Both the position numbers and the translations under genes were made by a program. A stretch of 62,049 nt of DNA, the filler included, from Candidatus Woesearchaeota archaeon (GTDB lineage Archaea; Nanobdellota; Nanobdellia; Woesearchaeales; CAZJJJ01): NCBI GenBank assembly GCA_046538795.1. It is 5 parts of 5 records of this genome, joined end to end, with 100 filler letters (N's around TTAATTAATTAA, not from the genome) between each part and the next. Parts side by side here need not be neighbours in the genome. Positions count along the whole stretch, not along the records: positions 38,884 to 46,607 come from JBKHIF010000061.1; positions 46,708 to 54,334 come from JBKHIF010000062.1; 3 more parts are not named here. One strand, 5' to 3'. The notes beneath the pieces are model-generated. The model was given only the letters and a program-made list of their open reading frames with translations. It had not been told where the DNA came from and ran no database searches. Positions 38,884 to 49,900 of the stretch are shown here, one piece after another (position 1 is the first letter of the stretch; each line of letters opens with the position of its first letter).

Positions 38884-40608
38884 CAAAGAATAACAAGTAT
38901 CCAAAGTCTCATTGTCATCAGTCTCTTTATCTTCAGCAACAGGACTTTCACATAAACCCAATATACAACAGTAATTACAGTCAGAATAGCTTCCAAGAAC
39001 CCCTGTACAATTCTGTGACGAATTACAGCATAAACCACCTAAAGAAGAACAGGTATCTAAAGTCTCATTGTCATCAGTCTCATTATCTTCAGGAACATAT
39101 ACCAAATCTCCATAAAGGTCATACATTGCAGCAGCAAAATCCGATTCAATAGAACCCTGGGATGAATGATAATCAGGGTAAGTTTCCTGCGCTTCAGAGA
39201 TGAATGGAGAAAAATCCTGATTAAGCCACCTATCAGTATAATCAAAATAAGCAGGATGATTCCATTGTTCTTCAAGACCAAGTATGCTCATGGAGAGCCC
39301 TATTCCCATCCAGCTTGGAGAATTAACATTCCTATATGACTCTCTTTTTATACCTCCAGGATCATTCCCGTCCTGAGTGAGATGCCATTCACTTGGATGA
39401 AGATGCTCATGCTCCATATCTCCTGATCTCTGTCTCCAAAGAGCCATCTTTTCAGGTTGATAGTCATTTCCGATAGATGCATCTCCTGGAAAGGTTTCTC
39501 CTACAGAATTATCATATATAGAACTAAAGATTGTTGTCTGTGCATCATCAACATAATAAGTCATGTAATCTTCTTTAAAATCATGCATATTTCTCCCATC
39601 TGTAAAAACATCTCTTACATGAGGATGATCAAGAAGATAGCCGGCAATCACGATCGGTGTTTTACCCATCGAAATAGCACATCTTCCGTGTTGTATCATA
39701 TAACCTGCATCAAGGCCATTTTGAATCATATTAAGAACCATGGTCTCTTTATCAACGTCAAGAAGGGTCATCAGAACAGAATCCCTATAATAATCCATTA
39801 TCGTGTCATGATACTGCGGCATATTCTGTATGGGATGGAGAAGTTCACCAGCAGAACTGGGTATGTGCTGAAGCCAAGGTCTTAGATATAATCTTTCAAG
39901 ATCATCTATGTTTGGAAGCTGAATACCTGTAGGGGGTTCAAGATCAGGAAGTTTTGATAAGTCAGCCTGGCTTACTGGAATTATTGGTTTTAGGTTGTCT
40001 GCATAAGGCGGCCTGAAACTTATTTCAGTAGGATGTAAACCAAGGCACGTAAGGACAGCAGCTGTTTTCAGGTTTACCTTGCTAAGCCTTGCGCCATTTC
40101 CGAAAAGATCAGGAACCTCATAACGATCCTGGACAGCATCATAATAAACCTCAGGATCACTGTCGCTCAAACTTATTGTCGATACAAGCGACTCATCAAC
40201 ACTAAGAGTAAAAGGGGGAACTTTTAGTGCATCAGGACGTCCTTCTTCAGGAGCATACCAGCCTATTCTATCATCATAAGCCTGAAGCACCCTGGTTCCG
40301 TCACTATCAATTACAAGTCCTGGATTTATCATAGAACCATGCCTTCTGTTTTCAGGAAAAGGATCTATGTCAACAATATTTACTGGTCCTATGACATAAT
40401 AATCGCCATTAAAAAATTGGCCGCATTCATAATTTTGATCAAAAGTCCACGTTATGCCATACTGAGAAAGCTCATTATCTGTAGTCATGCCATTTACGCA
40501 CTCTGCCCTTATATCCAAAGATAAACAAAATAAAAAACAAAGAGCAAAAAAAGTAAATAAAACTGATTTTTTTTCAAGAAAATGATTAAATCTCACAGAA
40601 AACATCAT
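38884..40608 (-). CDS. Secreted protein of unknown function (QYGITWTFD domain), 3'-truncated
   Basis: Signal peptide; domain homologous to the second half of 56203..59934. Confidence 0.8.
38903..39081. repeat. Intragenic direct repeat AAAGTCTCATTGTCATCAGTCTC (156-nt period), encoding repeated ETDDNETLDTC
   Basis: Copies at 38903-38925 and 39059-39081; probably explains the contig break. Confidence 0.8.
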
Positions 40609-41857
40609 TATTCCTCACCATACATAAAACAGAACCTTATCCTGTCCTTATCGCCTATATAATCAAGCCATATATCTTTTATGTCGATCTCAATTCCCGG
40701 AGCAATATCATTTTTTTCTCCAAGCTCAAATCTTGGCTGGAATTCTCCATTTATCCTGAACTTGACTTCATATGTGTCATCGATAACCTGAACAAGCTCA
40801 ATTTCATAATCATCATCCAACACAGTAAATGTTTGGGTTTCAAACTCGACCATCTTGACTTCTTCTGTACAGTAATCCTCCAGTTCTATTATAGTCGGCC
40901 ATTTCTTTAAGTAACGCTCAATAATAAGATCAGATTTCTTGTTGACTCTTACAACAACCTCTTCTTCACCGAATGAAGAAAGCCATGCAATCTCTTCGAC
41001 ATTATCATACTCATCAAGTATCCTATATACATATTCATCATCACCATCAAATGCATAAAGGTTCTCGTCATCATCATATTCATCAAAGAAATCAAAATCA
41101 GTTTCGACTTCTACTTCAAGTCCTTTAGAATAATGTGCCACGAAAGTATCTTCGCTCCTGTTTGAAGAATAGATGTATTTCTGGAATCCTATGTCTTCTT
41201 CTATCAGATAATCTGGATATGATTCATATGCTTCCTTCACATATGTTATTTCCCCCATGCTTGACTGCTGTGTCCATGGTTGGTTATAAAGCCCATATCC
41301 TACTTCAACAAAATAATCCCTTGTTATGCTTATCTTTTCTCCGTATTCCATAAAATCAAGGGGTCTGCCATCAAACTCAAAAAGCATCTTGCCATCACTT
41401 ACAACCTTTATAAGCCTTAATTCATGCCTATTTCTCCTATCCTTATTATGTGAGTATCTCCTTCAAACATGGTCTTAAGCTTTCCAAATTCAAAGTCCTC
41501 GTTTTCCAGGTTGATCACATATCTGCTTGAATGTTCAGGTTCTGGATATGGACTTTCTGAATCACCTTCATCATTAGAAACAGTCTCATCAGCGTCACCA
41601 TCTGTTTCATCAGAATCAGATTCAGTATTATTAACTTCATCAGTTGCATTGCCTTCACTGATATCAATTATAGTACCTGAATTAACATCATCCCCGTCAA
41701 TTGGTTCTTGATCCCCACTCAAAGAATCTTTTCCATCAAGGTCTTCTTCAGAATCATCTGAAACAACATTTCCTGTCGCATTATCATCAGAACATGAAAT
41801 TATGAAAACAGACAAAACTAAAATCAAAACCAATGCAAAAATCTTTTTTGAAAACAT
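40608..41857 (-). pseudogene. Surface lipoprotein gene split by a one-base frameshift near 41431-41433 (ORF-track pieces 41417..41899 and 40608..41387)
   Basis: GGAGG SD and lipobox IISC at the start. Adding one A to GAAA joins ...HIIRIGE to NRHELRLIKVVSDGKMLFEFDG, restoring a domain that repeats at the C-terminus. May be a sequencing error. Confidence 0.65.
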
Positions 41858-42176
41858 GAAAATCCCTCCATCACACAAAGACCGTAGTGATCCTATCAAT
41901 CTTTATAATTTTTTTACCAGATTAGAAACAGAAGCATTGCTATTTATATTTTACTAAAATCATCCAACACCATAAAGCAAACAAATATTATAGGTTATCC
42001 CAAAAACACTTGTCCACTATCAAATGATAATAAAGTTTTTTAAACTAAACTTATCTAAAAAATAACCGAAGGGTAAACTTTGTTAGTGAGGATTTCATAA
42101 AGAATCTCAAAAAAAAGAAATCCTGGCATAATCAAGGGAATAATTCCCAAAATGCAATAAAAAAAGGGGTAATAAT

Positions 42177-44588
42177 ATGGGAAAAGACACAGAATTTGTA
42201 CTATGGTTCGATCAGCTTTCTATTGATGAAGTAGGTCTTGTCGGAGGAAAAAACGCTTCGCTCGGCGAGATGTACAGGGAACTTGGAAGCAAAGGGGTAA
42301 AGGTTCCAAACGGATTTGCTGTAACAGCTTACGCGTATCATTATCTTCTGGAAAAAGCAGGTATAAAAGACAAGATAAAAGAACTTCTTGACGGCCTTGA
42401 TACATCAGACGTAAGAGATCTTGCGAAAAAAGGACGTGCTGTGCGGGATGTCATAAGAACTGCAAAATGGCCTGAAGAGCTAAGAACAGCAGTTATTGAA
42501 GGCTACAAGAACCTGGAAAAAGAATATGGAGAGGATGTTGATGTTGCTGTAAGAAGCTCAGCAACAGCAGAAGATCTTCCAGATGCAAGTTTTGCAGGAC
42601 AGCAGGAGACCTATCTTAATATCGTAGGAGAACATTCACTTATCGAAGCCTGCAAGAAATGTTTTGCATCACTTTTTACAAACAGGGCAATATCATACAG
42701 GGAAGACAAAAAATTTGACCATTTTTCTATTGGGCTTTCAATCGCAGTACAGAAGATGGTACGATCAGATAAGGCATCCTCAGGAGTCATGTTTTCAATC
42801 GATACTGAATCAGGATTCAAGGATGCAGTCTTTTTGACAGCAGCGTATGGTCTTGGAGAAAATGTCGTTCAGGGAGCAGTAAATCCAGATGAATACTATA
42901 TATTCAAGCCAACGCTAAAACAGGGAAAAAAACCTATCATCTCAAAAAGTGTCGGAAGCAAGGAAATAAAGATGGTCTATAATCTTGATGGACATAAGCC
43001 AACCAAGAACGTACCTGTTTCTCCTGAAGATCAGAAAATGTATGCAATAACAGATGATGAGATAATAACACTTGCCAACTGGGCATGCATAATCGAGGAT
43101 CATTATTCTGAAAAGGCAGGAAAATTCAAGCCAATGGACATGGAGTGGGCTAAAGACGGCGAGTCAGGAGATCTATTCATTGTCCAGGCAAGACCTGAAA
43201 CAGTCCAGTCGCAAAAAGATATGACTGTTCTAAGAAAATATGAACTTAAAGACAAGCCAACAGATATCCTTACAGAAGGAAACTCAGTCGGAGAAAGAAT
43301 AGGCTCAGGAAAAATCCATGTTATAAAAGACGTTGCAAAGATACATGAATTCAAAAAAGGAGAGATACTTGTAACAGACATGACAGACCCTGACTGGGAA
43401 CCTATAATGAAGATTGCAGCTGCAATTGTTACAAACAGGGGCGGAAGAACATGCCACGCAGCAATTATATCAAGAGAGCTTGGAATTCCATGTATAGTTG
43501 GAACTGAAACTGCAACAAGCGACCTTAAAACAGGCATCGATGCAACAGTTGATTGCTCACGAGGTGCAAGAGGGGCTGTATATAAAGGACTTCTTAAGTT
43601 TGAGATTGAAGAGACAAACATCAAAGACATGAAACGCCCAAAGACCATGATAATGATGAATGTAGGAAACCCTGAACAGGCCTTTGAGTCAAGTTTCATA
43701 CCTAATGACGGAATAGGACTTGCAAGGGAAGAATTCATAATAAACTCTTACATCCAGCTCCATCCGAATGCTCTTCTTAAACCAAATGAAGTAAAGGATG
43801 CATCTGTCAGGAAAAAGATCAAGGAAATTACAGCAGCTTATGATGATCCCATACAATTTTATGTCGATAAGCTTGCTGAAGGAATTGCAATGATTGCAGC
43901 TTCAGTCTATCCTAAGGACACAATACTTAGGTTCTCTGATTTCAAGACAAATGAGTATGCAAATCTGGTAGGAGGAAAATATTTTGAGCCTGAAGAAGAC
44001 AATCCTATGATTGGCTACAGAGGAGCATCAAGATATTATTCTGAAAATTTCAAGGATGCTTTTGCTCTTGAATGTCGTGCTGTAAAAAAGGTCAGAGAAG
44101 AATTTGGATTAACTAACCTAAAACTAATGGTGCCATTTTGCAGAACCATAGAAGAAGGTGAAAAGGTTCTTGCTGAGATGAGAAAGAATGGTCTTGAAAA
44201 AGGACAGGACGGACTTGAGGTATATGTTATGTGTGAAATACCAAATAACGTTATCTTAGCTGAAGAATTCTGCAAGCTCTTTGATGGATTCAGCATAGGA
44301 TCAAATGACCTTACGCAACTTATCTTAGGAGTTGATCGCGACTCTGAACTTGTAAGCCATGTATATAATGAAAGGAATGATGGTGTAAAGACCATGATCA
44401 GAAATGTGATCGAGATTGCTAAAAAGAATCACAAGAAGATTGGAATATGCGGACAGGCGCCGTCTGACTTCCCTGACTTTGCACAGTTCTTGGTTGAGTG
44501 TGGAATTGATTCAATATCTCTTAATCCAGATACAATGATCAAGACCACGCTAAAGATCCTTGAAAAAGAAGATGCTCTTGGAAAATAG
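42177..44588 (+). CDS. ppsA: Phosphoenolpyruvate synthase (pyruvate, water dikinase)
   Basis: VGGKNASLGEM, VAVRSSATAEDLPDASFAGQQET, GGRTCHAAI (phospho-His), DGFSIGSNDLTQ, GICGQAPSD. Confidence 0.98.
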   Translation: MGKDTEFVLWFDQLSIDEVGLVGGKNASLGEMYRELGSKGVKVPNGFAVTAYAYHYLLEKAGIKDKIKELLDGLDTSDVRDLAKKGRAVRDVIRTAKWPEELRTAVIEGYKNLEKEYGEDVDVAVRSSATAEDLPDASFAGQQETYLNIVGEHSLIEACKKCFASLFTNRAISYREDKKFDHFSIGLSIAVQKMVRSDKASSGVMFSIDTESGFKDAVFLTAAYGLGENVVQGAVNPDEYYIFKPTLKQGKKPIISKSVGSKEIKMVYNLDGHKPTKNVPVSPEDQKMYAITDDEIITLANWACIIEDHYSEKAGKFKPMDMEWAKDGESGDLFIVQARPETVQSQKDMTVLRKYELKDKPTDILTEGNSVGERIGSGKIHVIKDVAKIHEFKKGEILVTDMTDPDWEPIMKIAAAIVTNRGGRTCHAAIISRELGIPCIVGTETATSDLKTGIDATVDCSRGARGAVYKGLLKFEIEETNIKDMKRPKTMIMMNVGNPEQAFESSFIPNDGIGLAREEFIINSYIQLHPNALLKPNEVKDASVRKKIKEITAAYDDPIQFYVDKLAEGIAMIAASVYPKDTILRFSDFKTNEYANLVGGKYFEPEEDNPMIGYRGASRYYSENFKDAFALECRAVKKVREEFGLTNLKLMVPFCRTIEEGEKVLAEMRKNGLEKGQDGLEVYVMCEIPNNVILAEEFCKLFDGFSIGSNDLTQLILGVDRDSELVSHVYNERNDGVKTMIRNVIEIAKKNHKKIGICGQAPSDFPDFAQFLVECGIDSISLNPDTMIKTTLKILEKEDALGK

Positions 44589-44672
44589 AGCCTTTTTTTG
44601 ATTTTTCGTTTTTTCTTTATATAATAGATTTGAATCAAAAATAATAAATAGTACTCAACATACCTATCCATC

Positions 44673-45272
44673 ATGGAAATATCATATTCTGAAAAGGAGA
44701 TAATATTTGAAAAAGAAATAAACTCTCTTGACAATCTATCAATTGAATTTTCAAAAATTCTGAATGAACTTGACATAGATTATGTATTTATTTCAGGGTA
44801 TGTTTCTATACTTTTTGGAAGAAATAGGTCTTCTGAAGATATTGATATATTTATTGAAGAAATAGATCTTGAAAAATTTAACAAGTTATGGACAAAACTT
44901 GCAAAAAAATTCGAATGTATAATCACAGATAACGTAATAGAAGCTTATGAAGATTATCTTAAATCTAATCTGGCGATACGATTCTCTTTCAAAGATGAAT
45001 ATGTCCCAAACATGGAAGTAAAATTTCCAAAATCAGAAGTAAGCAAATGGAGCTTAAAAAATAGAGTAAAATTGATTCTTAACGATAATATACTATATAT
45101 ATCGCCTCTCGAACTGCAAATATCATATAAACTTCTGCTAGGAAGCGAAAAAGATATTGAAGATGCAAGATTCTTATATATGCTATTTAAAGACAAATTA
45201 AATGATAAGCTAATAACAGAATTCAACAAAAGACTTAAAATAAAAGAAGATATCATAAATTTGATAAAATGA
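44673..45272 (+). CDS. Nucleotidyltransferase (Pol-beta superfamily; AbiEii/DUF6036-like)
   Basis: YVFISGYVSILFGRNRSSEDIDI and KL.LGSEKD.EDA motifs. Confidence 0.8.
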   Translation: MEISYSEKEIIFEKEINSLDNLSIEFSKILNELDIDYVFISGYVSILFGRNRSSEDIDIFIEEIDLEKFNKLWTKLAKKFECIITDNVIEAYEDYLKSNLAIRFSFKDEYVPNMEVKFPKSEVSKWSLKNRVKLILNDNILYISPLELQISYKLLLGSEKDIEDARFLYMLFKDKLNDKLITEFNKRLKIKEDIINLIK

Positions 45273-45421
45273 AACTCCCAAATATAAATCTAAAAGAATT
45301 AGAAAAAGAAAAAAAGAAAAATTTTGAAGAACGTCTTAGATTTATAGATAATTACGTTGAATGGCTAAAGAAAACTCCTAACAAAAAATGGAGCAAACAA
45401 CAAAAAAAAATTGTAGGATAA
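45269..45421 (+). CDS. 50-aa basic protein coupled to the nucleotidyltransferase (not in ORF track)
   Basis: MKLPNINLKELEKEKKKNFEERLRFIDNYVEWLKKTPNKKWSKQQKKIVG*; ATGA overlap with the upstream stop. Confidence 0.7.
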   Translation: MKLPNINLKELEKEKKKNFEERLRFIDNYVEWLKKTPNKKWSKQQKKIVG

Positions 45422-45463
45422 GTATTTCCTCATATAAATTTAAATAAATCACTCTAATTCTTT

Positions 45464-45817
45464 ATGATTGGTGATTACATGGATCTGACTTTTCAAAATC
45501 TAAAAGAGCAAATGGAATATACTCCCATAAGAGAACTTTTTCCTGATATGAGCGATATGGAGCTTTATCTTAGAGAGCTTGAAAGGCTTGCTGAAAGACA
45601 GATATCTGGATTTGAAAATAAAACATATAGATCAATTGAGGAATATAATAGGAATCGTGCAATAAGAAATGATCTTGTATATATCCTGAACACATCCTCA
45701 GTTGAAATCATCCCATATTTTCCTTCAAAAACTAACATAACACAAACATCTGCACAAAGAAAAAAGGCATATGATGAAAAACTAAAGGAAATAGACCCAA
45801 TTATGTTCAATATGTGA
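45464..45817 (+). CDS. Hypothetical protein
   Basis: 117-aa ORF; GGTGA SD before alternative ATG 45479. Confidence 0.6.
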   Translation: MIGDYMDLTFQNLKEQMEYTPIRELFPDMSDMELYLRELERLAERQISGFENKTYRSIEEYNRNRAIRNDLVYILNTSSVEIIPYFPSKTNITQTSAQRKKAYDEKLKEIDPIMFNM

Positions 45818-45821
45818 CTTT

Positions 45822-46607
45822 TTATTTGCTTCTTTCAATAACATAATCTGCCATCTCTTTTAAGAATTTTTTCTCTTTAGGGTTTATCGCTATTTTTTCA
45901 AGAATCTCTTTTGCCTGCAACATCAGATTTTTAGCAAACAGTTCTGTCTTTTCAACAGCTCCTGATTGTTTTATTATTTTTCTTATTTTCTCATAATCCC
46001 TGGGAGAAATTTTTTTCCCAAACTTAAACATAAGCTGATTTTTCTCTTCTCCAGAGGGAAGCATCTGAAAGACATTTTTCATAAGAAGTGTCTTCTTGCC
46101 TTCAGAGAAATCTGAAGTTACAGGTTTTCCTATTTCTGCCTCTGTCCCGATAAGTCCCAAAATATCATCCTGCACCTGAAAAGCACATCCAAGTTTCATT
46201 CCAAAATCGTAAAGCAATTTCATGTTTTTGTCAGAATCAGGAATCTCAGAAACTATCGCGCCAAGCTGCAGGGGTCCTGCTATCGTATAATTTGCAGTCT
46301 TTAATGAGATACAATCAATAATATCTTTTTCAGAAAGCTCTAAGACTGATTTTTTTTCGTATTTTATGTCAAGCATCTCACCATGACACGTTGTCTCTAT
46401 TAATTCTGTAAATTTTTTTAGGAATCTAAGGACGATCTCTTCCTTAAAATTAAGCTTTTGTATTGCCTGGATCGAATAGGTGTAAGCTATGTCACCCACA
46501 CATATTGCCTGTTTTTTACCCTCTTCAAGATCATCATAAGACGAATGCATGGAAGATTTTCCTCTTCTTTTTGCTGAACCATCTATTCTATAATCGTGTA
46601 CCAAGAA
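45822..46607 (-). CDS. Polyprenyl (geranylgeranyl-type) diphosphate synthase, 5'-truncated
   Basis: HD...D....RRG, G+MLDI, LKTA.YT, AFQVQDDILG, GKP..SD..EGKKT. Confidence 0.9.
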   Translation of the reverse strand, partial: FLVHDYRIDGSAKRRGKSSMHSSYDDLEEGKKQAICVGDIAYTYSIQAIQKLNFKEEIVLRFLKKFTELIETTCHGEMLDIKYEKKSVLELSEKDIIDCISLKTANYTIAGPLQLGAIVSEIPDSDKNMKLLYDFGMKLGCAFQVQDDILGLIGTEAEIGKPVTSDFSEGKKTLLMKNVFQMLPSGEEKNQLMFKFGKKISPRDYEKIRKIIKQSGAVEKTELFAKNLMLQAKEILEKIAINPKEKKFLKEMADYVIERSK

Positions 46608-46707
46608 NNNNNNNNNNNNNNNNNNNNNNNNNNNNNNNNNNNNNNNNNNNNTTAATTAATTAANNNNNNNNNNNNNNNNNNNNNNNNNNNNNNNNNNNNN
46701 NNNNNNN
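46608..46707. other. Artificial contig spacer
   Basis: 44N-TTAATTAATTAA-44N. Confidence 0.97.
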
Positions 46708-46890
46708 AATATCAAAAGTTCCGCCCATCGCAAAACATTGCTCAGAAGTCACATCTTCATTGCATATACCATACTGATCAACACAGCAGCTAATATCAGC
46801 TGCATCAACCATAGAAGAATCGCTTACGCTCATAAAAAGAAGAAATATAAAAATCCCTGTAGTTAAAAATAAACCCCTCTTTTCAATCAT
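46708..46890 (-). CDS. N-terminus of a secreted Cys-rich protein, truncated by contig edge
   Basis: MIEKRGLFL... signal peptide then SCCVDQYGIC...C..MGG.F. Confidence 0.6.
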
Positions 46891-46997
46891 CGATACGACC
46901 ACTACTTTTCAACAATATTTTTTTAGACTAACTCCTTTAAAAATATTTCTATCGAAATTAAGAAATCTGTTATTCTGAAACTACTAAAACATCATAA

Positions 46998-49900
46998 TCA
47001 TGTATCAGCACATTCAGGATTTCCCAACACACCATAATCCAGGCCAAGTGAAGGGTCGTTGCACAAAACGCTTGCTTTTTCTTCATCAGTCATACCATAT
47101 GTATCATCAGAAAAGTCACTTTTATCATAGCATGCTCCATCTGTTCCTGTGTAGGGGTTATACTTATCAACAGCATAATTATAAGGAGAACAATCCATAT
47201 GATAGCAGTCAGCTCTGCATATAGATTCAATTCCACCTATCCCGTCTGCATCTATTGGGGTATCTGGTGGAATACCATCACAAATTTCAGGGGCTCCGCA
47301 TGGATTTGCCCTACAAACATAATCACCTACCTGACAATCATCATCACATCGGAAAGAAGCTCTCTTGTAAGGTTCATGTTCTCCACAAGCAAAATCAGTT
47401 CCAGGGCGTTTATAATTACAAACATAATCAACATCATTTCCAGGACATTTAAGACACATTGTGCTTTCTTCAGGCTGGCATTCAGAATCGCACATTATTG
47501 CAAAATTAGTCACACTGCCCCACTCATCAACATAACAGCTTCCACTATTGGTTATTACTGTTCCAGGAGAATAACCTGCACAGACAGAAGATCCTGTACA
47601 ATCTGAAAATCCTCCGCCGTTACTCATGCAAACATGATTAGGATCATCAGCAAGAGTTCCATCTTCATCACAGACATCTGAAAAGAAATCCTGCACTCCT
47701 CCACCACATGAAAATACAGGATCGCCGTTAGACTTTCCATCACACATAGGATCGACAGAATCGCAAGCAGGAGGATTATAGCTAAAAATTGTCCCGTCTT
47801 CGATGATGCAGTTGTCTGAACATACATCTGCCAGTTCAGGAGAACCAAAACTGCATGTCCCAGTCATATCGCCAGGAGACAGACCATCACATTGAGGACT
47901 TGCTCCGCATGAAGCAGAACAGACACATTCAGTTGCAAAATCACAACCGCCTTCACCGTTGCAATATGCCTTGCAAGAAAGAGGCCCTCCTTTGGCATAA
48001 TGACCTTTTCCTTCGCCGCTTGAACACTCAGGATAATCATTGCAGTATGGACTAGACGTAATTTCCATTACATCTTTTTCAAAATTATCTCCTGGACTAA
48101 AAAAAACACAACCTGAAAATTCACTGATCTCTTTTTTGAAAAATGCAGGATCATCAGTGCATCCAGAACATCTTGCATCATCTGAGATTCCCTTATCTCC
48201 GCATGCAACTGATTCTATCACCACATCTGCTGTATCTCCATCACAGACATTGCCTCTTGTGCCCGAACATTTCTGGATGCGATCCACATGCACTATATCA
48301 TTTATCATGTTATTATCAGGATCATTATCCCCTGTTCCGCAAAACCATGCATCTTCACTGTAACATACTGTATCTGTGTCTGCATATTCAAAAGAAGAAG
48401 TACAGCAGGTATGGTTAGCAAGATAAGGATCAATCGCTGAAGGATTGTAAGGATAAGAAAGAAATTCACTTCTGTGAGGCATGCAGGGAACAAGAGCAAC
48501 CCTATAGTTTTCTGTTTCCTGTGATCCTGAATCAGGATTTGTTGCTAAAGTTACTTCCACCCACGGTTCTGAGTATGGGTTGTTGTTTTTTATATGGCCA
48601 TATATATCTCCATGAACAAGAGTATCTATAAAATAATAGGTCATTCCCGGAGTCATCATTTCTTTTATGTTCAATATGTTGATGTCATAATCTCCTCCTG
48701 TTTCAATGCATTGCTCTTTTGTAGGAAGAAGAGTACACATGTATGTAGTATTGAATTTTGCCTGAGGATACAAAAGAGGATCATGATTAAAATTAGGAAG
48801 GATCCATCCAAGATTTGATCCGCCCATAATGCTGTCGCCTTTATGTATAAGCTTGTAGGGATCTTCAAGCGAAACTATAGTCTGCACATTATCAAACATC
48901 CCCGAACCTATGCCAGGATCAAGAAGATTCTGTGTTGTCACATCAAATACATATTCATAAGCAGGCTTTATCTCTGGAAGAGGTTTGATAACATCATCTT
49001 CTATCTCGATTAAAATATCCTGATAATCATATAGCTCTCCATCATATACCATAAGGCTTGTATTATAATATGCATTTCCTGAATCATCAAATACAACCGG
49101 ACAATCACCGCCTGATAAAGGATTATTTTCAAGTATTTGAAGACAGCTTGCTGCTTCAGGATCAGGCATTATAAAGGCATGTCCATCGCTTGAATCATAT
49201 GCCAAAGAATGATCATTAGCATTTCTAAACCCTGGTTCAGAAAGTTCAACCCTGTTGCAAAGATCATTTCCTGAAACTGGATCGTTTTCAACAGAACAGT
49301 TGTAATCAGCATTCCATCCCCTGTATATGTAAAGCAGCCTGTCATCATCAGGATCCACTGCATTAGGATTTATCATCACGCCATCAGAAGAAGAAATCCT
49401 TATATCATAATTACCATCATCAGAATTATTTATGAAACTCAGTGCAGGAGGCCTGTTCTCTATCATGAACATATATAGATCAGGCATCCCTGAATATGTC
49501 TGTTTTTCATCTTCAATTACAAGTATATCATCATTGAAATGAACATCTTCTATTATTCTTGGACGAAAGCCAAGACCTCTTTTCAATACATATTTTTCAA
49601 TTCCATTCACAAGATCATTTCCGGGATCAGTGGTTTCTAAAGTAAGTTCTGAATCCCTCACATAAAACAATCTTTCATAAAGCGTCTTTATCCGTGTAGG
49701 AAGAGACGCATAATATGTTGTTGTCACATAATTGAAACCATTGCTCATGTTGATCCCTAAAGGAAGCTCAAAATTTATCCTCACATCATTATAACTGAAA
49801 AGAGCCTCAACATCCAGCTCTCCGGATTCTATTGTCCTTCCTTCTGTATTATTGAAAAAGTCAAAATCAATACATGAGAGGATATTATTTTCTATATAAT

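Noticed and set aside
46570..46607. Degenerate first Asp-rich motif (HDYRID rather than HDDxxD) in the prenyl synthase
   Set aside because: It is within ~30 nt of a contig end and two substitutions restore HDDIID, so low-quality sequence is likely; it cannot be called inactive.
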